NCBI GenBank assembly: GCA_964456675.1
Contig: CAYWBR010000002.1
Span: 19,215 to 83,214, forward strand
Direction of reading: 5' to 3'
DNA from: an uncultured Bacteriovorax sp.
GTDB lineage: Bacteria > Bdellovibrionota > Bacteriovoracia > Bacteriovoracales > Bacteriovoracaceae
DNA: 64,000 nucleotides
Shown: piece after piece, positions 18,369-26,282 of the stretch
How positions within the stretch are numbered: the first letter of the stretch is position 1
Layout: every line of letters begins with the position of its first letter
Program-made: the position numbers and the translations under genes
The notes under the pieces: model-generated
Seen by the model: only the letters and a program-made list of their open reading frames with translations
Told to the model about the DNA's origin: nothing
The model's database searches: none

Positions 18369-18452
18369 ATAACCTCCACAACCCAAATATTACTCTTTTT
18401 ACTAGATGGTTTAATGAGTTAAATCAGCTAATAAAAGAAGACTAATCAAAAC

Positions 18453-18480
18453 AAAAAAGCCCAAGGGTTTCCCCCTGGGC
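18453..18480 (-). terminator. Intrinsic terminator of flagellin
   Basis: Minus strand reads GCCCAGGGG-GAAA-CCCTTGGGC-TTTTTT. Confidence 0.85.
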
Positions 18481-18517
18481 CGTATTCTAGGATTAAATCG
18501 CCTAAAACTTTTAAATA

Positions 18518-19351
18518 TCAACCTAAAAGTTTTAGTGCAGCTTGACCTTGAGCATTTGCTTGAGAAAGTACTGAAGTACCAGCATTCGTTAAGATGTTCA
18601 TCTTAGTATTCTTTGCCGATTCCATTGCAAAATCTGTGTCGCGAATTCGAGAGTTTGCAGCAGACAAGTTTTCAGATGAAATCTGTAAATTGTTTATTGT
18701 CGATGACAATCTGTTTTGAATCGCACCAAGCTCTGCTCTTTGTCCTGAAACATTTTGAAGAGCTGTATCAATAGTGGCCAGTGATGCCTGAGATCCATCT
18801 TTTGAACCTACTGTTAGCTCTTGAATTCCAAGTGCAGACATTCCGGCATTTGTTCTAGCGGCATCGTACTTAATTCTATCTTGGAAATCGTCATTATTGA
18901 TACCAACTTGGAAATCAAATTTATCCCCAGCACCATTTAAAAGTTTTTTACCGTTAAACTCTGTTGAAGATGAAATTCTTTCAATCTCTTGCTTTAAGTT
19001 CTGAAACTCAAGATCAGTAAACTTTCTTTCGTCATCACCTACTGTATCAGAAGCAGATTGTACTGATAATTCTCTTAATCTTACTAAAATGTTAGAAACC
19101 TCATTCAAACCACCTTCTGCTGTTTGAATCAATGAAATACCATCATTCGCGTTTCTTTCAGCTTGGTTAACACCACGAATTTGTGCTTTTAACTTTTCTG
19201 AAATCGCAAGTCCTGCAGCATCGTCTGCCGCACGTACAATTCTTGTACCAGATGATAATTTCCCTAGTGAGTTGGCTTGCTCAGTGTTGTTTGCGCTTAA
19301 TGTTCTCTGAGCTGCTAAAGACGTGACGTTGGTGTTGATACGTAATCCCAT
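18518..19351 (-). CDS. fliC: Flagellin (minimal, D0-D1 only)
   Basis: RINTN, LSSGTRI..AADDAAGLAI and SRIRDTDFA motifs. 277 aa with a GGAGG SD. Confidence 0.97.
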   Translation of the reverse strand: MGLRINTNVTSLAAQRTLSANNTEQANSLGKLSSGTRIVRAADDAAGLAISEKLKAQIRGVNQAERNANDGISLIQTAEGGLNEVSNILVRLRELSVQSASDTVGDDERKFTDLEFQNLKQEIERISSSTEFNGKKLLNGAGDKFDFQVGINNDDFQDRIKYDAARTNAGMSALGIQELTVGSKDGSQASLATIDTALQNVSGQRAELGAIQNRLSSTINNLQISSENLSAANSRIRDTDFAMESAKNTKMNILTNAGTSVLSQANAQGQAALKLLG

Positions 19352-19490
19352 GTGAATCCTCCCTGCATTTTTAACTGCTCCGAATCCATGGAACTTACCT
19401 TCAAACCGTTGAAGACAATAGGCATCTTGCCCAAATTGTTTTTTGTTTTGTTAACCTGGTCAGACACCTTTCCAACCGAGGTTGCATACC

Positions 19491-19517
19491 TAATCGGTGG
19501 AGTGTTTAAACACTTTA
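19491..19517 (-). promoter_or_regulatory. sigma28 promoter of fliC
   Basis: TAAA-N15-ACCGATTA about 140 nt upstream of the flagellin ATG. Confidence 0.8.
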
Positions 19518-19652
19518 GGAAAAAATTGCTTTTTTTTAAAAAAATTAGTCAGTCATCCTGATTAAAATGATCAAATTCTAAACAAGCTTTTTCCTTATAT
19601 ACGTCGATAAAAAATGATCACATTTTTAGATTAATTTCCGATAAGAAATCTA

Positions 19653-22442
19653 ATGGAAAACAAAAAAGCGCTCGTCATTATCCCTCCCTACTCTGAACCT
19701 CTTAAAAAACTAGGGGAAATACTTTCAACTCCTGAAGAAGCTGAGTCAATTGATATATATGTTCTAGAAGATTTGAAAGAAGCTGGTCAATTGATCCCAA
19801 CATTAGGACAGTGTCTTATTGTCATCGCGAACGCAAAAAAATGCGCGCTATTCTTACAAGAAAACAGATGGGCAATATCTAAAAATCACTCAAAAGTAAT
19901 TTTGATGACCCCAAAAGAAATTCCCCAAAAAACCTTAATGAAATTTCTAAAAATTGGGCTTACTGAGGTAATTTTAGAAACACTTCCTCCTAAAAGCTTA
20001 CTTTACAAAATCAAACTACTTCTGCGCTCTGTAAAAGGACAAGAAAGTAAAAAAGAAGAAAATATCAACGTTAAAAGTATGCTTGACATGAGTCAGCAGA
20101 AAAATGACGACGAACAACAACGAGTTGAAAAAGGAATTATTGCAGACACAGAAGTAAGTGCCCCCTCAGAAGACAAAGAAAAAAAAATGATCATTGAAGA
20201 AGATACTGATTCATTTGATTATCTAAAAGCAAAAAAGAAAAACCAGCAAGAAGACAATGTCATTGACACTCACTGGAAATCAAAAAGAAACGACACTCAA
20301 ATCTCGTTAGAAGATGGCGAAGAAATTGAAAAGAAAAAATCATCTGCAGAAGAGATATCAACTTATTACAAAAATGAGCGTAAAGCTAATCTAGATCTTG
20401 ACTTCATAGCAGACGAAAACATGTCAGGGAAAGCTTCAGGAACTGAGGATGAGTCTACGTTTAGCATCGAAAAACTTAAGCAAGCAATGCTAACAGAGAT
20501 TGAACTTGAGGATAGTTTAAAAGATAAGAAAAAAAACAACTCCCTCGAAGAAGACGATGAAGATATTTATCATAGAGAACAAAAAGAAACAGAGATCAAT
20601 CTAGAAAAAGAAGATACAAAAAAAAGCGATACCTTCGAAGATGAATCTGACAACGAAAGAAAAAGAAAAAATGAAGACGTCACAGAGCTTAGTTTAGAGA
20701 AAGAAGAAAAAGCTAAATCTGACGAAAATCTAAACCTAATCGACAATTACCTCAAGGGTAAAATCAACAACGACAAATCCATCATGGAAGTTGACGAAGA
20801 AGAATTTGTTGATAAAAAAATCAATGAAATAAATGAGGATGATAAGGACGACTCGACTCAAAACAATCTATCGCTAGATGAAAATGAAGAAAGCGAAATG
20901 AGTCATGCTTCTAACTTAAAAGAAGAAATAAATAACACCGATCAAGAAAACGAAAAAGGTTTTCAACGTGAAGAAAGCGCAGAAGATGGCTTTATGCGCG
21001 GAAAAATTTCAAAAAACACCGATCTAAATCTACAAGAAGAAAAAAAAGATTCAAAGACGCAACAAGAAGAATCTAACAATAAAGAACGTGAAAATAGTCA
21101 CAAAAACTCACTAGACGATCTTGATGATTCATTAAATGATATTAACAAGAAAACTAAAACCAATGAAGCTGATGAAGAAATTGATAACTCAGATAAAAAT
21201 GCCGAAGTTGACCTGACTGATGAATCAGATGATCTACGAAAAAAATTACAAAACGAACTAGACCTAGAATTAGAAATGTCATCTGATGATGACACCCCTG
21301 AGAATCAAGATCAAAATAAAAAAAATGGTGTAAACAAACTTCAACGTTTAACTGTCGATGATGAAAATGAAAATAATAATAAATTAGAAAAATTAAATGA
21401 AGATGATGCTCGGTCTCAAAATCTTAAAAAATTAGCAAATACACAATTAGAATTTGAAAAGGAACATGATCTTGACTCAACTAATGCCTCAGTAGAACAT
21501 CTAGATAAATATATGCGAAGTCGATCTTTAAAATCTGAAGATCAAGACTGGAATATTGGCACAAAGAAAAAAGATACAGCGATAGCGCTACAAAAAGGTA
21601 AAAAAGACGACGTAAATTTAAATTTGTTGCCTGACTTCAAAGATGCGGGTGAACAAACAATCGATTATCGCAAATTAAAAGAAGAATTTGAACTTCTAAA
21701 AGATGGTGCCAATCTTCCTCCTGACGAAATAGAAAAAATTCGAAAAATGATTCGTGGTGAAAGTGAAGATAGTGAGGATCTATATCAAGTATTCTCGCCA
21801 AGCCCTAACGGTGTAGACTTTCTTGTTGAAATTGCCATTGATTTGTACGACACAAGCATAAAACCTCGCGATATTTTTGAAAAAATAGCAAAAAAAATTC
21901 ATGAACAAAAAGGATTTGCTACTTTTTTACAATACTCAAAACCAACCGAAATAAAAGAAATATACTCAGTATTTCAAATAACTGAAAACGGATTTATCAG
22001 CGATGAAACTCGTAATGCTTTTTCTGAAATAAAAAAAGAAAATGATTTATTTAAGACACAAGCAACCTACTCACTGGCAAATTGGAAATGCACTGAAATA
22101 CTCGACAAAAACAATCGCCCCTGGGAAGACACTGAACTTCCAACTTGGGCACAAAATGAACTTCAAAACAAGAAAGTTGAATATATATATCCAATGTTTG
22201 ATGGACTAGATCGAATGGGTCATATCTACATATGGTTTCCTGACGGAATCGTCGCTAATGAAGCCCGAAATATCGATATTATTATAGAGGCCTCAAGACC
22301 TTTGTTTCTTGATCAAATAATTAGATCATCAAAAAATACCAAGATTAATGATGCTGATGAAAATGAAGATAACCAAAATAATCAAAAAACGGGAATATTT
22401 AGCGGAATCACATCTCTTTTTGGCAAAAAAAAAGTGGGATAG
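19653..22442 (+). CDS. Pseudo-receiver domain + long acidic disordered region + C-terminal globular (GAF-like?) domain
   Basis: Residues 1-125 follow the REC pattern (VILMTP, FLKIGLTEVI, SLLYKIKLLLR) but lack the acidic pocket and conserved Lys. About 550 aa are D/E/K/N-rich. Confidence 0.75.
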   Translation: MENKKALVIIPPYSEPLKKLGEILSTPEEAESIDIYVLEDLKEAGQLIPTLGQCLIVIANAKKCALFLQENRWAISKNHSKVILMTPKEIPQKTLMKFLKIGLTEVILETLPPKSLLYKIKLLLRSVKGQESKKEENINVKSMLDMSQQKNDDEQQRVEKGIIADTEVSAPSEDKEKKMIIEEDTDSFDYLKAKKKNQQEDNVIDTHWKSKRNDTQISLEDGEEIEKKKSSAEEISTYYKNERKANLDLDFIADENMSGKASGTEDESTFSIEKLKQAMLTEIELEDSLKDKKKNNSLEEDDEDIYHREQKETEINLEKEDTKKSDTFEDESDNERKRKNEDVTELSLEKEEKAKSDENLNLIDNYLKGKINNDKSIMEVDEEEFVDKKINEINEDDKDDSTQNNLSLDENEESEMSHASNLKEEINNTDQENEKGFQREESAEDGFMRGKISKNTDLNLQEEKKDSKTQQEESNNKERENSHKNSLDDLDDSLNDINKKTKTNEADEEIDNSDKNAEVDLTDESDDLRKKLQNELDLELEMSSDDDTPENQDQNKKNGVNKLQRLTVDDENENNNKLEKLNEDDARSQNLKKLANTQLEFEKEHDLDSTNASVEHLDKYMRSRSLKSEDQDWNIGTKKKDTAIALQKGKKDDVNLNLLPDFKDAGEQTIDYRKLKEEFELLKDGANLPPDEIEKIRKMIRGESEDSEDLYQVFSPSPNGVDFLVEIAIDLYDTSIKPRDIFEKIAKKIHEQKGFATFLQYSKPTEIKEIYSVFQITENGFISDETRNAFSEIKKENDLFKTQATYSLANWKCTEILDKNNRPWEDTELPTWAQNELQNKKVEYIYPMFDGLDRMGHIYIWFPDGIVANEARNIDIIIEASRPLFLDQIIRSSKNTKINDADENEDNQNNQKTGIFSGITSLFGKKKVG

Positions 22443-22451
22443 GTAAATAAA

Positions 22452-23504
22452 ATGAAAGCAGAAATTGACTTCTTTTTAATTGATAAAGAACACTTGAAAG
22501 GTCAACGAACTTTTCCATTTCAACTATTCATCATGAATCCTATTCATAAAAAATTTACTCTTTTTTTAAATGCCAATCGACCAATGTCTAAAGAACTAGA
22601 TAATTTTTTAGACTATATAGTTTCTAAAGGTGGCTTTTTGGCCGTTTTAAGAAAACAAAAAAAGACTTTCTTAAAGGCCCTCGAATTAAACGAAGATGAT
22701 GTGCCTACCCTTAAAAAGCGAGAATTACACGATTTAGAAAAAGAACAGATCATGTATAGCAAATTGAAAGAAATATGGATTGAAAAACATGGTGTTTTTG
22801 GCTTTTTAACAGAGTTTGAAAAGGCCGCAAAAACAGACAACTTTGATAGAATAATTGAATACACACGAGTAGAGATATTAGCATTTAGTGTTAATCGAAA
22901 TAGCACAAATACATTTGCAATAGAATTGGCCAAAAAATTTCTTATTAAAGATAATTTTATCAATCGAATTGTAGCTACCGCATATTATGTTGCTAAAAAC
23001 TTAAATATATTAGACGAAGATTCGTTATCAGACATTATAGTAGGAAGCTATCTCATTCATCTTGCAAATACTCAAATGTCACTTTCCATAAGTAGAAAAG
23101 CACAGCAAGAATATTTTGACGCTGAAAAAAAGTTCTACCAAAAACATCCACTACTGGCTTTTCACTTATTAAAACGCAGTCAAATCAATGTGAATGAACG
23201 AGTAAAACGCATTGTTAATGAGCATCACGAGCGAAACGGAGGACGTGGTTTTCCAATGGAAAAAGCAGGAGACGCAATTGAGCCACTGGCCTTATTAGTA
23301 GGAGCTGTCGCTCACCTATTCGAATATTCCACTGGAAAAGTGAACGGCAGTAAGCAATCCCTTCGCTCCGTTATTTTTCATATAAAAAATCGTTCAATTA
23401 TGCCTGGACTAGAATTTGATTTCGGCGATACTATATATAACGCAATTACAACTTTAATTGATACAGAGAAAAAAGAAGAAGATAATTTAAACTTAGCTGC
23501 TTAG
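22452..23504 (+). CDS. Degenerate HD-GYP-domain protein
   Basis: KHP..AFHLL and HHERNGGRGFP match the HD-GYP core. The HD dyad reads IHLAN. Confidence 0.75.
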   Translation: MKAEIDFFLIDKEHLKGQRTFPFQLFIMNPIHKKFTLFLNANRPMSKELDNFLDYIVSKGGFLAVLRKQKKTFLKALELNEDDVPTLKKRELHDLEKEQIMYSKLKEIWIEKHGVFGFLTEFEKAAKTDNFDRIIEYTRVEILAFSVNRNSTNTFAIELAKKFLIKDNFINRIVATAYYVAKNLNILDEDSLSDIIVGSYLIHLANTQMSLSISRKAQQEYFDAEKKFYQKHPLLAFHLLKRSQINVNERVKRIVNEHHERNGGRGFPMEKAGDAIEPLALLVGAVAHLFEYSTGKVNGSKQSLRSVIFHIKNRSIMPGLEFDFGDTIYNAITTLIDTEKKEEDNLNLAA

Positions 23505-23538
23505 ATTGTTATTCATAATATATTTTCGGGAGAGTAAC

Positions 23539-23934
23539 ATGGCTTTGAAAGCTGACATTAAAATTCTTGTTGTGGACGATATGGCGACAATGAGAAAAAT
23601 TATTAAAAACATGCTTACACAAATTGGATTTACCAACATTACAGAAGCTGATGACGGTGCAACTGCATGGCCTTTAATGGAAAGTGCAATTAAAGAGGGA
23701 AAGCCATTTGAATTTATCGTTTCTGACTGGAACATGCCTCAAATGAGTGGTCTCGATTTATTAAAAAAAGTAAGAGAAACTAAAGGTCTTGAAAAACTTC
23801 CGTTTCTAATGATTACGGCAGAAGCCGAGCAAGGAAACGTTGTTATAGCTGTTAAGGCAGGTGTAAGTAACTTTATTGTAAAACCATTTTCTGCCCAAGT
23901 TCTAAAAGAAAAAATTGATAAAATATTCAAATAG
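23539..23934 (+). CDS. cheY: Chemotaxis response regulator CheY
   Basis: VVDD, SDWNMP, MITAE and VKPF are all intact. Start moved to ATG 23539, which follows a GGGAGAG SD. Confidence 0.93.
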   Translation: MALKADIKILVVDDMATMRKIIKNMLTQIGFTNITEADDGATAWPLMESAIKEGKPFEFIVSDWNMPQMSGLDLLKKVRETKGLEKLPFLMITAEAEQGNVVIAVKAGVSNFIVKPFSAQVLKEKIDKIFK

Positions 23935-23945
23935 GTCCGTTTAGC

Positions 23946-24443
23946 ATGACGTTTATAAATGATCCCATGATGAAAGAGATTGTTGATGATTTTTGCATCG
24001 AAGCTGAAGGTTTATTCGACCAGATGGATGAGTGCATTCGAAAATTAGAAGACAACCCTCTAGATACTAAAGAGTTAGAAAAGTATGGGCAAATGATTGA
24101 TCGGATTATGGGTGCTGCGAAATCAATTGGCGCCTCTGAAATTGCTACTTTTTGCGAGCTTGGGAAAGTTATTGGATATAAATCGTCACAAACAAGAGAA
24201 GTCCCACTTCTTGAAGTAGTTATCGCAATTTTAGGCGATACGGTAGATATGTTAAGAAAAATGATTAAAGCGCTAAAAGTGGGAGATGCTACTTGTCTTA
24301 ATAAATTGAATACCAAAGCGTTTGTAACTAGATTGCAATGGCTTTCGGCCAAATTTAAAGACATTGAAAGATCTTCTTGCAAGATTGATGGTAACTTAAA
24401 CCAGAATTCAATCGATGATTTATTACAAAGTTTAGGATTATAA
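23946..24443 (+). CDS. Hpt-like helical protein lacking histidine, with a CheZ-like C-terminal peptide
   Basis: CheA-P1/Hpt-like pattern (F..EAE.L...L..LE.NP). The H-box reads IDRIMGAA and the protein ends SIDDLLQSLGL. Confidence 0.7.
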   Translation: MTFINDPMMKEIVDDFCIEAEGLFDQMDECIRKLEDNPLDTKELEKYGQMIDRIMGAAKSIGASEIATFCELGKVIGYKSSQTREVPLLEVVIAILGDTVDMLRKMIKALKVGDATCLNKLNTKAFVTRLQWLSAKFKDIERSSCKIDGNLNQNSIDDLLQSLGL

Positions 24444-24458
24444 AATATTGGAGTCTAT

Positions 24459-24968
24459 ATGGCAGGTGAGTCGCGGTTCATTGAGTTTTCTAAACCATTT
24501 ATTGATGCAGCTAAAAACGTTTTTGAAACAATGGTTTTTACTAAATTAGATACGTCTAAGCCCACAATAAAAAATGACAATATTTCTAAGGGGGACATTT
24601 CTGCAGTATTAGGACTTTCTGGAGAAGTAGAAAAAAATGGTTCAAAAGTTCCCTATAAAGCCATGCTTGTCATATCATTTCCATATGAAACATATTTCAA
24701 GGTTGCAGGTGCAATGCTGTCAGAAACCTATACATCTTATTGTCCTGAAATTCATGATGTGGGTGGAGAAATTGCCAATATGATTATGGGAAATGCTAAG
24801 CGAGATTTAAAAACTATGGGATATTCATCAAATATGGCGATTCCATCTATGATCGAAGGTAAAAATCATACAATTAAATATCCCAATGGGACAACCGTAG
24901 TGTTAATTCCATTTCTAAGCGCCCATGGTGAAATGTATATGGAACTTTGCTATACAGAATCTGAATAA
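24459..24968 (+). CDS. cheX: Chemotaxis phosphatase CheX
   Basis: ISAVLGLSG, GEIANMIMGN (ExxN) and MAIPSMIEG motifs. Confidence 0.9.
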   Translation: MAGESRFIEFSKPFIDAAKNVFETMVFTKLDTSKPTIKNDNISKGDISAVLGLSGEVEKNGSKVPYKAMLVISFPYETYFKVAGAMLSETYTSYCPEIHDVGGEIANMIMGNAKRDLKTMGYSSNMAIPSMIEGKNHTIKYPNGTTVVLIPFLSAHGEMYMELCYTESE

Positions 24969-24970
24969 AA

Positions 24971-25462
24971 TTATTTCACCTTTAAAGATAGTGTTAAAAT
25001 AAATTTGGCCACGGGTTCCGTGGTCGAATATTTTGGAGTGAATGCTAAAATCTCAAGCGGCATATTCATTCTTTCTCCAGACCTTACAACTTCATCGACA
25101 AATTTTTTAATTTCTTGGCCTTGAGAATTAATAAAAATTGTGTCTCCTTCAGCTCGCTTTAAAAAATCAGCATGAAAATCTTTAAAAGATAATGCTACTT
25201 TTTTATGTGAATCTTCAATACATTTCATGGCAATTAAACCACCAGCAATATCTGCGCCAGCGCTTAAGACACCAAAGTACATAGAATTTAGATGATTTTT
25301 TGTCCGACGATTTAACTTAATTTCTATGTGGCATTCAGATTCATCTAAACGAATTACTTTGGGACCAATCCAGAAAATCATTGGCACTTGAAAAAATCCA
25401 AATAAATTAATCATTGCTTGATCGCGATACTTTAGTGGCACATATTTAAGAATTTTTTTCAT
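24971..25462 (-). CDS. Hot-dog fold thioesterase-like protein (PaaI/YiiD/DUF4442-like)
   Basis: NHLNSMYFG..AGAD and ADFLKRAEG motifs. Confidence 0.75.
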   Translation of the reverse strand: MKKILKYVPLKYRDQAMINLFGFFQVPMIFWIGPKVIRLDESECHIEIKLNRRTKNHLNSMYFGVLSAGADIAGGLIAMKCIEDSHKKVALSFKDFHADFLKRAEGDTIFINSQGQEIKKFVDEVVRSGERMNMPLEILAFTPKYSTTEPVAKFILTLSLKVK

Positions 25463-26282
25463 AAATAATTCCTTTATTAAGATTTTTTTGAATTTCTATA
25501 CTTTTAGATATCGCCATATCCATAGAGGTGCGAATTAATTTTTCGACTCCCCCATCTTTCATCGATTGAATTGCCTTCTCTGTTAAACCACCTTTTGAGG
25601 TTACTTGAGAACAAAGTTCATTTAGTGTTAATCGATTATTAAAATAGAGTTCTACAGATCCTTTAATTACATCCATCATTATGCGTTCTAAATCCATCTC
25701 CGCGAGCGCCGGAATTTTTCTTTCTTTTAAATCAAGTGCGAGATCATTAAAAAAAGAATATAGCATACCTGGCAAGCACCCAGTATAGGGTGTGAGTAAT
25801 TCTAATTCATTATCGCTTTGAAGCTCAATAATGGTTCCAAAATGTTGACCTAAAATTTTAAATTGAGCGGCCAGAGGGTCAAAGAGCACTGACTGGTGAA
25901 TTACAATCGGAATCACTCCCAAGCCAATCTCTGAAGGAGTATTTGGCATTATCCTAATTAGTCGATTTGTTTTGAATTTTTTTTCTAAAGTATCAAGACT
26001 AATTGCTGCTAGCATCGATACTAGAATTGCTTCTTTTTTAAGTTTTGGAATTAATACTGTTTCCAATGATTGAGGCTTCATGGCCAAAAATAAAAAATCT
26101 AAATCTTCTGGGAATTCATTTAAATCATGAACGAATTCACCACAAGTTTCAACTGCCAATTGCCGGGCCTTAGTAGCACTTGGCGAGTAAAAATAAAGCT
26201 GCACTCCGGTTCTTCCACAGGCTTTAAGTCTTAAACCTAAAGCCCTTGCCATATTTCCTGCGCCTAAAAATCCAATTTTCAT
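25446..26282 (-). CDS. proC: Pyrroline-5-carboxylate reductase
   Basis: IGFLGAGNMA, LAMKPQ, RIMPNTP and VTSKGGLT motifs. Confidence 0.92.
   Translation of the reverse strand: MKIGFLGAGNMARALGLRLKACGRTGVQLYFYSPSATKARQLAVETCGEFVHDLNEFPEDLDFLFLAMKPQSLETVLIPKLKKEAILVSMLAAISLDTLEKKFKTNRLIRIMPNTPSEIGLGVIPIVIHQSVLFDPLAAQFKILGQHFGTIIELQSDNELELLTPYTGCLPGMLYSFFNDLALDLKERKIPALAEMDLERIMMDVIKGSVELYFNNRLTLNELCSQVTSKGGLTEKAIQSMKDGGVEKLIRTSMDMAISKSIEIQKNLNKGIIYEKNS

Noticed and set aside
19360-19485. c-di-GMP riboswitch in the flagellin leader
   Set aside because: It lacks the GGCAAAC...GAAA...GACGCAAAGC class I signature. Only small local hairpins are present.
19579-19644. sigma28 promoter for the signalling cluster (GTCGATAA, TCCGATAA)
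   Set aside because: The -10-like boxes are good, but neither has a -35 element at 15-nt spacing.
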